Shown here: positions 1 to 9,472 of the stretch, piece by piece
Position numbering within the stretch: position 1 is the first letter of the stretch
Layout: the number at the start of each line of letters is the position of its first letter
Assembly (NCBI GenBank): GCA_036488585.1
Contig: DASXHH010000007.1
Location: 1 to 57,874, forward strand
Length of the DNA: 57,874 nt
Reading direction: 5' to 3'
Source of the DNA: Candidatus Saccharimonadia bacterium
GTDB lineage: Bacteria; Patescibacteriota; Saccharimonadia; UBA4664
Notes under the pieces: generated by a model
Databases searched by the model: none
Told to the model about the DNA's origin: nothing
The model's input: only the letters and a program-made list of their open reading frames with translations
Position numbers and translations under genes: made by a program

Positions 1-738
1 AGACGTCAGCTCCAAGCCTTTATGGGCCATGCTGACAAACGCCGTATTAGTGCTTGGCTGAAAGACCTAAGACAAAAGCAGTATATCGATTGGATCTATG
101 ACCCAACTAACCCAGGCGATATGTCCAAGCCGGCTATCTACTTTTTGGGCACCAATGGTATTCGGCTCCTCCGCCAGGCCGGCGCCTATTGCGAAGCCGA
201 ACTCAAAAAGCGCTATAAAGACGCCTCCCGGCAGCCAAGCTATATTGCGAGTTGTCTGCTGCTGGTGGGCTGCTGCTTGCATCTCGAAGGTCGCAACCAG
301 AGCATGCAGAACGCAACTTACTCCTATGCTGTAAAGGCCGATATGGCCGAACCAGATAGCACATATCATTACCTACGAGAAAGCGACCTTGCTCCGGATC
401 TCGCCTTCATTAAGCAGGTCCCGGACGAAGATCCCGCGACTTATCTACTCCAACTTTTAGATCTCACCACTCCGCGCTACATGGTAAAAAGCCGGATAAG
501 AGGCTATGTCGATTTCCTGGGTTCAGGCGAATGGAACCAACCAGAGACTGGTGCCGAACCCCCCATTGTCCTGGTAGCCTGCCCGTCTCTCCCTGAGCTG
601 ATATTTGCCAAGCGCTATGCTAAGAAACGGCTCAAAGAGCTTGACCTGGAAGACTCGCAAAACCTACGAGTCCGGTTTGCCATCATCGAGCAAGTGAAGA
701 AACAAGGACTGACCGCTATCATTTGGGAGCAGGCCTAG
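1..738 (+). CDS. replication-relaxation (Replic_Relax)-like protein, probably 5'-truncated by the window edge
   Basis: Frame 1 is open from base 1 to TAG 736-738 (first ATG at 22), so the gene probably starts upstream. The basic helix RRISAWLKDLRQKQYIDWIY followed by KPAIYFLGTNGIRLL is the pattern I associate with PF13814-type plasmid/ICE proteins. Family call is from memory only. Confidence 0.5.
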   Translation, partial: RRQLQAFMGHADKRRISAWLKDLRQKQYIDWIYDPTNPGDMSKPAIYFLGTNGIRLLRQAGAYCEAELKKRYKDASRQPSYIASCLLLVGCCLHLEGRNQSMQNATYSYAVKADMAEPDSTYHYLRESDLAPDLAFIKQVPDEDPATYLLQLLDLTTPRYMVKSRIRGYVDFLGSGEWNQPETGAEPPIVLVACPSLPELIFAKRYAKKRLKELDLEDSQNLRVRFAIIEQVKKQGLTAIIWEQA

Positions 739-750
739 CTCGACCCAAGA

Positions 751-787
751 AAAGGGCCCGGAAGCCTCGTAAGGCCCCGGGCCCTTT
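751..787. terminator. bidirectional hairpin between convergent genes
   Basis: Perfect 11-bp stem AAAGGGCCCGG (751-761) / CCGGGCCCTTT (777-787) with a 15-nt loop. It lies between the stop at 738 (+) and the stop at 790 (-). Confidence 0.6.
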
Positions 788-789
788 CT

Positions 790-1110
790 CTAGTATTCCT
801 CGGCAAGCATCACCGTTAGTATCCGCCGGCAATGCCGTGATAGCGGATTCTCACCGCCCTTCAGCGCCTGGTCGTAGTAGTCTATCTTCCATAGCACCGT
901 CTCACCTTGCCAGATAATGCTACCAAAGTCATGTTCACCGTATGGATCGTTATCCTCGGTAAACTTATCAAACGTCCGTACTGCCCGCAGCAACCCCGGC
1001 AAGTCATCCAAGGCCCGCACGCCCACTGTCACTGTCACCCCAAACCCTCCGCGCCGGAACGCGTCATTAAATTCCGCGATCATTTTTCTCTGCTCTGTCT
1101 GTGTCTCCAT
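790..1110 (-). CDS. DUF3768 domain protein
   Basis: Hallmark blocks NDPYGEHDFGSI, WKIDYYD and C-terminal ILTVMLAEEY. The longest ORF starts at GTG 1119. ATG 1110 has GAGAGGAG 8 nt upstream, so I prefer it. Confidence 0.8.
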   Translation of the reverse strand: METQTEQRKMIAEFNDAFRRGGFGVTVTVGVRALDDLPGLLRAVRTFDKFTEDNDPYGEHDFGSIIWQGETVLWKIDYYDQALKGGENPLSRHCRRILTVMLAEEY

Positions 1111-1304
1111 ATCACACACTCCTCTCTTCTTAATGCCGGCCGAGTCGACCTCTCGCCCTGGCCCAAGGGCAAGGGCGCACCACTGGGAGCCGTCAAGGTG
1201 GAGCTAGGCCCAGCCAGAACACCTTGACGGCCAATGTGCGCCCTTACGATGAGGAGGCAGGGGAGAGGAAAACCGCATCTAACAGGCCTATTTACCCCGG
1301 TCTG

Positions 1305-1310
1305 TATAAT
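1305..1310 (+). promoter_or_regulatory. -10 box TATAAT placed 6 nt before GTG 1317 (leaderless-type arrangement)
   Basis: tcTGTATAATtaggggGTG. I found no convincing -35. Confidence 0.35.
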
Positions 1311-1316
1311 TAGGGG

Positions 1317-1904
1317 GTGAAAAATATTCTTGAGTTTGCTGTGGCCGTACTTAACGAGTGGATGGCGTTGATAACAGGCGGCATCATCGCGGCCGTTCTT
1401 TGGCTTATCCCAGTGTTGAAGCCTGACTCATTCGGAGCTGCTCGGCAAATATCGTATGCCGCCATTGTGTTAGCCTTTGCCGCCGCCTGCTACAGAGCCT
1501 GGCTAAAGGAACGAGATGCAGTTCGGGCACTAAATGAGAGCATTGCCGACGAGGGACCGTTACAGCACCCCTACATTTTTATATCTGGCGCAGGTATAAC
1601 CAGCTACCCACCGCATATGATTCAGTTTCATAATGATGAGCAACACACATACCATCTCGATGGTATTCAGTGGGGTGAGACATATGTGAACGCTGACATA
1701 GCTCTTCCGCCAGGCATGGAACGGGCGTCGGTTGGGGCTCCGGCCCAGCCTTTTAGCATCAAATTCGAGAATATAGAGCTTTATGTTTCGCGGATGAATG
1801 AAAAATATCGGATAACACAAGAAGCAATTTGGCAAGACAGGGCAGACGATAGATTCAACCTAACGGGGTTTAAGCCTCACCCCAGTAAGATTGAGAGGCT
1901 TTGA
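1317..1904 (+). CDS. hypothetical membrane protein
   Basis: 195-aa ORF with a GTG start and two N-terminal hydrophobic helices (ALITGGIIAAVLWLIPVL, ISYAAIVLAFAAACY). No family recognised. Confidence 0.45.
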   Translation: MKNILEFAVAVLNEWMALITGGIIAAVLWLIPVLKPDSFGAARQISYAAIVLAFAAACYRAWLKERDAVRALNESIADEGPLQHPYIFISGAGITSYPPHMIQFHNDEQHTYHLDGIQWGETYVNADIALPPGMERASVGAPAQPFSIKFENIELYVSRMNEKYRITQEAIWQDRADDRFNLTGFKPHPSKIERL

Positions 1905-1938
1905 CACCCACCGTATGAGGGGTGCAACAACTTTAAGC

Positions 1939-3924
1939 TCAACCTGTAAATGCGGCAATCGCTTCCACCCAACTACGTAAGACCATAGGCAGGTCTGCGA
2001 TGTCTCCTTCGAGAACCCCTGTTCTATAAACCAGCAGGTCCTTCGACCTTAAAACGCCACCGTTTGTAGCCAAGGCTGCTCCAAAACTCGGCCATTTGCT
2101 CAGTTCTTCTTCGATATCGTCTTCCCAAACTGTAAAATGCCCAGCAACGGTCGAAGCATTGCCGAATGCGTAGGGGAGGCTGCCATGCTTAACACTGGAA
2201 GCGGGTAGCCACCCAAGTACGCGCTCCGTGTCGCCTTTATGACTGGCATGCGCCCTAGCTCGCGCGGCCACGTTTGAAGGGTATTTTCTTGCTGCACCGA
2301 GCGCATCACCATCAACTACCACATATACTGGGATGCTGAGCTTCATAAACATTTCATACGGGATGCGCAGGCCTGATTTGCCTGACATTTCCAGAACAGA
2401 AATGCCTTTGCTATCGAGTGGCATCCCTAACTTTTCAGCTAGCGCCTCCAAGACAACCTTATCTGTTCCTCCCTCAACCAATGCAACCGCATCACAAAAG
2501 AAGCCTTCAGAAAATGTAGCAGGCAATTGCTTTTCAACAAACTTCTTAACCTGGGGCTCACTACAAGACGCAGCTGCTGAAACTTTTGATGTGTCGGTTT
2601 GCGTAACATTTGTCTCCCCTGAGCTAAGTCTGAAGCGCCTAAGAGAGGAAAACTGATCTGGTCTAACAAAATATGGACTATGCGTAGCTATGATCACCTG
2701 GGCGGTGGGCTGACTTGCAAGCTCGGCAAGTATGCGAGCAAAAGCACGGGCACGGATAGGGTGTTGATATATCTCGGGTTCTTCGATGCACACCAGTAAT
2801 ACAGGCAAGTTCTCCAGTTCTGCCCTCAGTCTATCGGCCGCCTCCTCTGGCGTCTCGCCTTCCTCCGGCTGGTGCATCTGCCGAGCATAAGCTTCATCCG
2901 GTACCAGTGATTGGAACATCGCTATCATCACGGCTCTCTGCACGCCATGTCCCTGGCGTGATACGTCGTTGGTTAAACCATCTATTGATACATCTGTAAC
3001 TACCGTCGCATCGCTCCGAGGAACAAATTCCGGTACTGTAGGGGTGAATATAACGCTCGCATTAGGCACCAGGCCGGCGAGCCGCTCATTTATCCTATCC
3101 GCCTGCATACCCGTGGACGTCTCAATGCTCTCCCTTACTAGGCTGTTCAATTCCTCGAACTTGTCCGCGTTTTCTGTTAGCCATTTGGTACGTGTCTCGG
3201 CGCTGGCCTTGGTCATGAGCGAGCCGATGAGTTCATTAAGTGCCGACCCTTTGCCGGAAGTGCCAACTTGGGACGCAATATCAGCTGCTGCCGGCACAAG
3301 AATAATCCGCATACAATCTTTTATAACGTTCGGGCCGTTTATCCCAAACATGTGAGTTGCATCAGCGTCGCTCACGGTCACAAGATGCTGAACATTCTCT
3401 GGTTTGCTCTCCCACTCAGCGAGCGCTGCATGGACCTGATCTTTGGAGGGAGCCGAACCTAGGTCCGGCAAATCAGAAAAACGGCTACGCAGCCTAACAT
3501 AAGCCGGACGAAATTCAGCGACCCGTGTAAAGCCTCGTACATCAGCAAAACCAGGCCCCTGAGTCGCATTTCCAACTACTTTGCTCTTGTCGTCACCCAA
3601 CCTCCACGAACGGCGAAAGCGGGCCGTTGCACCTCTCCCATATTCTTTTAGCCGCTCCTTGTCCCGTACCGTCAACGAGCCGAACGTCACGGTAACCTCA
3701 ATAGTCTGGTTTTGTTCTGTAGCCGGCCCCTCCTCGCCCACATGGCTATTACCAGTTACATCTGTAGCGCTCAAAGGTAAACCGTTAAAAAACCAATCAA
3801 GAGCATACAATGCACACGACTTTCCGGAGCCATTAGCACCAATCAATGCGGTGTAGTCATCTACATCGATGTCAAAGAGTTTCAGGCTCCGATAGTTTTT
3901 GACGGCGATGTGGATTATCTTCAT
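1939..3924 (-). CDS. OLD-family ATP-dependent endonuclease (ABC-type ATPase + Toprim)
   Basis: Walker A is IGANGSGKSCAL and Walker B/D-loop is LLVCIEEPEIYQHP. The C-terminal Toprim has AVALVEGGTDKVVLEAL and VYVVVDGDALG. The longest ORF starts at TTG 3942, and ATG 3924 (MKIIHIAVKNYRSL) is the typical family N-terminus. Confidence 0.85.
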   Translation of the reverse strand: MKIIHIAVKNYRSLKLFDIDVDDYTALIGANGSGKSCALYALDWFFNGLPLSATDVTGNSHVGEEGPATEQNQTIEVTVTFGSLTVRDKERLKEYGRGATARFRRSWRLGDDKSKVVGNATQGPGFADVRGFTRVAEFRPAYVRLRSRFSDLPDLGSAPSKDQVHAALAEWESKPENVQHLVTVSDADATHMFGINGPNVIKDCMRIILVPAAADIASQVGTSGKGSALNELIGSLMTKASAETRTKWLTENADKFEELNSLVRESIETSTGMQADRINERLAGLVPNASVIFTPTVPEFVPRSDATVVTDVSIDGLTNDVSRQGHGVQRAVMIAMFQSLVPDEAYARQMHQPEEGETPEEAADRLRAELENLPVLLVCIEEPEIYQHPIRARAFARILAELASQPTAQVIIATHSPYFVRPDQFSSLRRFRLSSGETNVTQTDTSKVSAAASCSEPQVKKFVEKQLPATFSEGFFCDAVALVEGGTDKVVLEALAEKLGMPLDSKGISVLEMSGKSGLRIPYEMFMKLSIPVYVVVDGDALGAARKYPSNVAARARAHASHKGDTERVLGWLPASSVKHGSLPYAFGNASTVAGHFTVWEDDIEEELSKWPSFGAALATNGGVLRSKDLLVYRTGVLEGDIADLPMVLRSWVEAIAAFTG

Positions 3925-4252
3925 AGCTATTATTTTCCCCAAGGTAAAGGCATCTTAAGTTCTCATGCTAGTATTTGACGATACCGCCGATCAATTCACA
4001 AGCATAAGCATTCTGACTCAGCAAAGGCAAAATGTCTGCTGCCATGGAAGCATGAGGGCACGACCCTGCGGGTCTGGGCATCACGTAAGAACAGCCAGGT
4101 TGATACCCTAGCCTGGATTTGATAACGCCGGAGACTGAATTTATTGTTCCAGTTCCCGGTTTGTACGCTCTCTATCAAGAAGCATATACTTATTGAGTAA
4201 TTGGGCATTAGATTATCATCGCCCAACCCATAATCCCCCCAAGGAGATCCTG

Positions 4253-5341
4253 GTGGCCCAAACGCTTCAAACAGCGAAGACGCAAAAAAATGACGAATTT
4301 TACACTCAGCTTGCTGATATCGAGAACGAACTGAGGCATTACAAAGAGCAGTTTCGCGGCCAAGTAGTTTTTTGCAACTGCGACGACCCGTATGAGAGTA
4401 ATTTTTTTAAGTATTTTGCGAACAATTTCAACCACTTAGGTCTAAAAAAACTTATAACTACGAGCTACACCAAGTCGCCGATAGCCGGAACACAACTTTT
4501 GCTGTTTGAAATGGAAGGGCTAAAGCCTGATGGCAAGCAGCCGTTTAAGGTGGAGATTAACGAAGTTCCAGACAGTGATGGCAGCGGCGCCGTGGACTTG
4601 AGTGATGTCCAATATTTGCTCAAGCACGACAAAAACACAGCCACTCCCCTTAGCGGGAACGGAGACTTCAGGAGTAAGGAGTGTATCGAGCTGCTTAAGC
4701 AAGCCGACATAGTGGTAACAAACCCGCCGTTCTCATTATTTCGCGAGTACGTCACACAACTTGCCAACCATAACAAGAAGTTTTTAATTCTGGGAAGTCA
4801 GAACGCCCTAACCTATAAGGAAGTCTTCCAGCTCATTAAAGAGAACAGAACGTGGCTAGGCTACGACAATGGCGGAACCAAATGGTTCCAAGTACCTGAT
4901 GACTACGATATTCAAACAGAGTCAAGGAAAAAGTATGTGAACGGCGTTAAGTACTTCAGTATGGGCAGCATCATGTGGTTTACAAACCTTGAGACCACAA
5001 AACGTCATGAGGAGATAGTGCTCTATAGGAAATTCGCGGGTGAAACATACCCTCACTATGTAAATTATGATGCAATAGAAGTATCGAAAGTCGCGGATAT
5101 TCCGCTCGATTACGAAGGGGAAATGGGAGTGCCGATTACCTTCCTCGATAAATACAATCCCGACCAATTTGAAATCATTGGCCAGAGTCGACGGCTAGGA
5201 AAGCCAATGTCTCAAATCGCAGAAAAAGGTACGTATGCCCAAGGAGGGGTGCGTTTTTACACCGCCGAGACAAATGGAACGTACAAGTACAGATGTCTGT
5301 ATGACCGAATTGTTATAAAGCACAAGAAAATTAAGGATTAA
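4253..5341 (+). CDS. EcoRI-family N6-adenine DNA methyltransferase
   Basis: Contains KNDEFYTQLADIENEL, VVFCNCDDPYESNFFKYF and catalytic TNPPF (motif IV NPPF), which resembles the M.EcoRI/PF13651 N-terminus as I recall it. The longest ORF starts at TTG 4193. GTG 4253 follows AAGGAG (4241-4246) by 6 nt. Confidence 0.85.
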   Translation: MAQTLQTAKTQKNDEFYTQLADIENELRHYKEQFRGQVVFCNCDDPYESNFFKYFANNFNHLGLKKLITTSYTKSPIAGTQLLLFEMEGLKPDGKQPFKVEINEVPDSDGSGAVDLSDVQYLLKHDKNTATPLSGNGDFRSKECIELLKQADIVVTNPPFSLFREYVTQLANHNKKFLILGSQNALTYKEVFQLIKENRTWLGYDNGGTKWFQVPDDYDIQTESRKKYVNGVKYFSMGSIMWFTNLETTKRHEEIVLYRKFAGETYPHYVNYDAIEVSKVADIPLDYEGEMGVPITFLDKYNPDQFEIIGQSRRLGKPMSQIAEKGTYAQGGVRFYTAETNGTYKYRCLYDRIVIKHKKIKD

Positions 5342-5346
5342 GACTT

Positions 5347-6438
5347 ATGAAAATCGAGCTGCAGCCACTGAAGGTGCGCGAGGTAATTGAAGGCTACAAA
5401 GATAGCGCTGAATTGGGGGTGACGGCGTATAACGGACAGCTCGACGTCCGCCCGAAATACCAACGCGAATTTGTCTACACCGGTAGGCAGCGAGACGAAG
5501 TCATACGCACCATCAAGAACGGCTTCCCCCTCAACGTGATGTATTGGGTGAAGACGGACCAAGGCGGGTTCGAGGTGCTGGACGGTCAGCAGCGAACAAT
5601 TAGCATAGGCCAATATGTAAATAACGATTTTTCCTTAGACGACAGGTTCTTCCATAATTTAACCTCAGAAGAGCAGAATCAAATACTAGAGTATGAGTTA
5701 ATGATCTATTTTTGTGAGGGCACCGATAGAGAACGGCTGGATTGGTTCAAAATCATCAATATCGCTGGTGAAAAACTAACCGACCAAGAGCTGCGGAACG
5801 CAGTATATACCGGGCCATGGCTTTCGGATGCTAAGCTAAAGTTCAGTAAGTCAAACTGTGCTGCGTACTTGCTGGCCAATGATGGAGGAGCGCTGATTAG
5901 CGGTTCGCCCATCCGACAGGAGATCCTTGAAACTGCGCTGTCGTGGATCAATAAGGGCGAAGCGGCAGATTATATGGCTAGACATCAGCATGACGAAAGT
6001 GCCGACGGGTTATGGGAGTATTTTCAAAACGTCATCGAATGGGTGCGGCAAACATTTCCCCATTACCGCAAACAAATGCACGGGGTCGGCTGGGGGCCTC
6101 TCTATAACGAGTTCAAGGATTCTGTGCTGGACTCGGCAAATCTTGAATCAGAGGTAGCGGATCTAATACAAGATGATGACGTGACCAAGCTATCGGGCAT
6201 TTATCCGTATGTGCTAACTAGACAGGAAAGATATCTCAGTCTTCGCGGATTTGATGAGAAGACGAAGCTGGCTGCCTATGAGCGACAAAAGGGTATATGT
6301 ATAAGATGCGGCAAGCATTTTGACTTCAGCGGAATGGAAGCTGACCATATTAAACCATGGTCTGAAGGAGGCCATACTACGGCAGAAAACTGTCAAATGC
6401 TATGTAAAGACGATAACCGTCGCAAGAGCAGCATATAG
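5347..6438 (+). CDS. DUF262 (ParB/GmrSD-N-like) domain protein with C-terminal HNH nuclease
   Basis: N-terminus has RPKYQREFVY and LDGQQRT (DUF262 DGQQR motif). C-terminus has CIRCGK...ADHIKPWSEGGHTTAENCQMLCKDDNRRK (HNH). It starts 5 nt after the methylase stop, with TAAGGA 9 nt upstream. Confidence 0.8.
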   Translation: MKIELQPLKVREVIEGYKDSAELGVTAYNGQLDVRPKYQREFVYTGRQRDEVIRTIKNGFPLNVMYWVKTDQGGFEVLDGQQRTISIGQYVNNDFSLDDRFFHNLTSEEQNQILEYELMIYFCEGTDRERLDWFKIINIAGEKLTDQELRNAVYTGPWLSDAKLKFSKSNCAAYLLANDGGALISGSPIRQEILETALSWINKGEAADYMARHQHDESADGLWEYFQNVIEWVRQTFPHYRKQMHGVGWGPLYNEFKDSVLDSANLESEVADLIQDDDVTKLSGIYPYVLTRQERYLSLRGFDEKTKLAAYERQKGICIRCGKHFDFSGMEADHIKPWSEGGHTTAENCQMLCKDDNRRKSSI

Positions 6439-6490
6439 CGAAACCCCAGTGTTGATACCAAGCCCACTCTTACTAGCTTTACTCTTATGC

Positions 6491-6519
6491 TTGGTTATCC
6501 AGGTCTACGAGAAGATAAT
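6491..6519 (+). promoter_or_regulatory. candidate sigma70-type promoter for the DUF2130 gene
   Basis: TTGGTT (6491-6496), 17 nt, GATAAT (6514-6519), lying 32 nt before ATG 6551. Confidence 0.35.
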
Positions 6520-6550
6520 TACCTAAACCACTATTTGAGCGAGAGCCAGC

Positions 6551-7834
6551 ATGAACGAAATCAAATGCCCAAAATGTAACAATGTATTCAAAGTAGACGA
6601 GGCCGGCTATGCGGATATCCTAAAGCAAGTTCGAGACCATGAATTCCAAAAGGAAATCCATGACCGAGAAGAGATGCTAAACGCCGATAAAGTAAGCGCT
6701 GTCAAACTAGCCGAGGCCAACACTAAGAACGAACTGCAGGCAGAAGTCTCGAAGAGGGATACCGAAATCGCTCAGCTCAAAGCGCAACGGGACTCGCTTG
6801 TGGGCGAGCTCAAGGCCGAGAAGGATGCAGAAATTGCACGGCTTCAGGCAAAATTGGAGTCTTATGAGATAGAGAAGAAGCTCGCCGTCAACGAGGCAGT
6901 CACCATCGTAGAAAAGGAACGTGACGAACTTGCCGGTGAGCTGAAAAGCAAGGATACGGAGAAGCAACTGCTCGAGTCGTCCCTAAAGGAGAAATTCGCT
7001 GCCGAACTTAGAACAAAGGACGATATCATTAAGTTCAAAGATGAAGAGATTGCTCTCCGCAAAGATATGAAGGTCCGACTCTCCACCAAAATGGTCGGCG
7101 AAACCCTAGAGCAGCATTGCGAAATAGAGTTCAATAGGCTCCGCGCTACTGGCTTCCAAAACGCGTATTTCGAGAAAGACAATAACGCTATCTCCGGCAG
7201 CAAAGGCGACTACATTTACCGCGAAACCGACGAAGTCGGCAACGAGGTCGTTTCGATAATGTTCGAGATGAAGAACGAAGGCGATGAAACTGCCACCAAG
7301 CATAAAAACGAAGATTTCTTGCGCGAGCTTGATAAAGATCGCACAGAGAAGGGCTGTGAGTACGCGGTCCTCGTCTCGCTCCTGGAACCAGACAGTGAGC
7401 TCTATAACGCCGGGATCGTCGATGTTTCTCACCGATACCCCAAGATGTATGTCATTCGCCCACAATTCTTTATCCCAATAATTACGCTCCTGCGAAATGC
7501 TGCGCTGAACTCACTAAAATACAAGGCTGAGCTTGCGCTTATCCGAAATCAAAATATTGATATCACGAATTTCGAAGACAACATTAGCAAGTTCAAAGAA
7601 GGCTTCGCCCGCAACTATGATCTTGCCAGTCGCAAGTTCAAAACTGCCATCGATGAGATCGACAAGACTATCGATCACCTGCAAAAGACCAAAGACAACC
7701 TACTGGCCTCGGAAAATAATCTTCGCCTAGCAAATAACAAGGCGGAAGACCTAACGGTCAAGAAGCTTACGCGAGGGAACCCCACAATGGCTACAAAATT
7801 CGCTGAGCTTGAGAACGAAAAAACTTTGGTCTAG
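6551..7834 (+). CDS. DUF2130 domain protein (zinc-ribbon, coiled coil, PD-(D/E)xK-like C-terminus)
   Basis: N-terminus [32 protein letters not shown] is typical of DUF2130. It has a long coiled-coil middle and a C-terminal GDYIYRE...[10 protein letters not shown] (D...E-x-K). Confidence 0.8.
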   Translation: MNEIKCPKCNNVFKVDEAGYADILKQVRDHEFQKEIHDREEMLNADKVSAVKLAEANTKNELQAEVSKRDTEIAQLKAQRDSLVGELKAEKDAEIARLQAKLESYEIEKKLAVNEAVTIVEKERDELAGELKSKDTEKQLLESSLKEKFAAELRTKDDIIKFKDEEIALRKDMKVRLSTKMVGETLEQHCEIEFNRLRATGFQNAYFEKDNNAISGSKGDYIYRETDEVGNEVVSIMFEMKNEGDETATKHKNEDFLRELDKDRTEKGCEYAVLVSLLEPDSELYNAGIVDVSHRYPKMYVIRPQFFIPIITLLRNAALNSLKYKAELALIRNQNIDITNFEDNISKFKEGFARNYDLASRKFKTAIDEIDKTIDHLQKTKDNLLASENNLRLANNKAEDLTVKKLTRGNPTMATKFAELENEKTLV

Positions 7835-7960
7835 CCACAACATTAGCCATTGCTGACGCGGTTGAAGTGCTGGGCGGTGTCGAGGAAATACGGGCTACCT
7901 TCTACGATTTGCAAAAACAGCTCTACGCCAAACGCCAATTAACGAAGAAGTAAATAATTT

Positions 7961-7988
7961 GGGGTTCGCGACCAGTGCCGCGAACCCC
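7961..7988. terminator. bidirectional hairpin between convergent genes
   Basis: Perfect 10-bp stem GGGGTTCGCG (7961-7970) / CGCGAACCCC (7979-7988) with an 8-nt loop. There is no clear U-tract. Confidence 0.55.
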
Positions 7989-8010
7989 AGACAGCCGAGC
8001 AGTCGTCAGC

Positions 8011-8397
8011 TCAGATGGTCGAAATATGTTCGAAAAGCGCTCTCTTCACAGACGCAGCTGTCTCTGTCGCCACCTGATTGCCGACACGTTCCCCGAGCTC
8101 AGCAGCGTCTATGAAAGTGAACTGACCGGCCGTAAGTACCAGGGATATGCTGAGACGCTGGCCTTGGCGTGAACTGCGTTCGCTGGTGATGAGATGATCT
8201 TCATGTTCCAGCTCGAACATTCCTTGACTCACGGCATCGAGGCTCAGCCGCGTCATCCCCGTCAGAAGCTGTCGAACTGACAGATGAGTTTCCGTAATAG
8301 TGCCGCCTTCAGACACGATCGCCTCTAGGATAGCTAGCTTGTCCCCGCTCATTGCGAGCCCAGTTGACGTACGCGGAGTCCATCTGAGGTAAAACAT
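8011..8397 (-). CDS. hypothetical protein
   Basis: The longest ORF starts at TTG 8505. ATG 8397 is preceded by GAAAGAGG 5 nt upstream. No family recognised. Confidence 0.4.
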   Translation of the reverse strand: MFYLRWTPRTSTGLAMSGDKLAILEAIVSEGGTITETHLSVRQLLTGMTRLSLDAVSQGMFELEHEDHLITSERSSRQGQRLSISLVLTAGQFTFIDAAELGERVGNQVATETAASVKRALFEHISTI

Positions 8398-8506
8398 AGT
8401 TGCCTCTTTCCATGGTCCGGATCTGGCGCTACGTATGTTAATCCACGAGTAGCCACCGTGCAATAGGACTGATATCGCTATTTCCAGCACACATGGCTTT
8501 GCCAAG

Positions 8507-8515
8507 TGCTAGAAT
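8507..8515 (+). promoter_or_regulatory. extended -10 (TGcTAGAAT) placed 6 nt before ATG 8522
   Basis: agTGcTAGAATcgaaccATG. No SD, so a leaderless-type arrangement. Confidence 0.45.
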
Positions 8516-8521
8516 CGAACC

Positions 8522-8752
8522 ATGAGGCGTGAACATCCCCACAAGAAGCCAGTAAGACGCGGCCGTAACAAGCCTCGAGCGCGATTTCGTAAAACTAATT
8601 ATGCAGAACTCACAGTTGCAGCCCTCGTTCTTTTGATCCTGATCGGAGGGGCGGCCCTCATAAAGATTGGGCTAATAATAGGTGCTGGAATAATTCTCGT
8701 CGCACTGGTTGGTTCCTGTCTCGTTTTATGGCTGAGACGAAGGAATTCGTAG
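8522..8752 (+). CDS. small membrane protein (basic N-terminus, two hydrophobic helices)
   Basis: 76 aa: RRGRNKPRARFRK then LTVAALVLLILIGGAALI and GLIIGAGIILVALVGSCLVLW. The promoter-like element directly upstream supports a real gene. Confidence 0.45.
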   Translation: MRREHPHKKPVRRGRNKPRARFRKTNYAELTVAALVLLILIGGAALIKIGLIIGAGIILVALVGSCLVLWLRRRNS

Positions 8753-8878
8753 TAGAATACTACCGATTTTTTCTGAAATACATTACAATGCACCCATAAC
8801 GAGCCCCCAAGGACAAATTCCCGTTAGGAAGAGTCTCACGACTACTTGGCAGGCTGGCCACTCGCAAGGGTGGCATTT

Positions 8879-9409
8879 CTATTGCAAACGTTTAGACATA
8901 GCCTTCATAAGGACCTTGGTTTTGTCACTGGGTTTATTAGCATGAGCTCCTAACACACCAGCAACCGCATCGGCCACTCGCAGCATCGGGTAAGCTTCGT
9001 CATCTGCGGTTCGCAATCGTTTTGACGACAGTCCTTTATCGCGCAGTACCTTTTTGAGTCTACGTTCATAACTCTTATCTTTACGCCCATCAAGGATTAT
9101 TCGCTGTACGTCCACGCCCTCAGCAGCCGTTATTAAAGTGCTCTCCAGCGCCACACCGAAGTCTCGCAGGGGGTTCTTGCTAAGCTGGTATCTAACTACA
9201 AAATCGCCTTTTACCACAGCTTTCAAAAATGTTTCCCTAACAGGCCACGGCGCTTTTGACCAGTGAAACGACTTAACTTTGGCTTTCGCTTCGGCAGCCA
9301 CTACCAAATCGTTCAGTGGATCCAGTTGCTCGGTCTCAACCAGTATCGCAGCAAATACGCAGACACCACTGGACTTATTGGTACCGGACTCGTCCACGAA
9401 AACATACAT
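8879..9409 (-). CDS. DUF3800 domain protein
   Basis: N-terminus MYVFVDESGT and C-terminal LRVADAVAGVL are the two conserved DUF3800 blocks as I recall them. Confidence 0.7.
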   Translation of the reverse strand: MYVFVDESGTNKSSGVCVFAAILVETEQLDPLNDLVVAAEAKAKVKSFHWSKAPWPVRETFLKAVVKGDFVVRYQLSKNPLRDFGVALESTLITAAEGVDVQRIILDGRKDKSYERRLKKVLRDKGLSSKRLRTADDEAYPMLRVADAVAGVLGAHANKPSDKTKVLMKAMSKRLQ

Positions 9410-9472
9410 GTTGGCAGGATAGTGTTATGCATTGCAGACGTCAAATCAGCTTTAGCGTAAAATAGCCTCACT

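Noticed and set aside
907-1227. Plus-strand ORFs 907-1227 and 917-1207
   Set aside because: They are antisense to the well-supported DUF3768 gene, their products are low-complexity, and they have no start signals.
4193-5341. GAATTC avoidance as a clue to the methylase specificity
   Set aside because: I counted about ten GAATTC sites by eye across the window, close to random expectation for this composition. There is no depletion signal, so specificity cannot be inferred this way.
7961-7988. tRNA-like GGTTCG... sequence
   Set aside because: It is only a simple 10-bp hairpin. There is no cloverleaf, acceptor stem or anticodon arm. It is interpreted as a terminator between convergent genes.
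8879-9409. Retron (because DUF3800 can be a retron effector)
   Set aside because: There is no reverse transcriptase ORF and no msr/msd-like structured repeat in the flanking intergenic regions.
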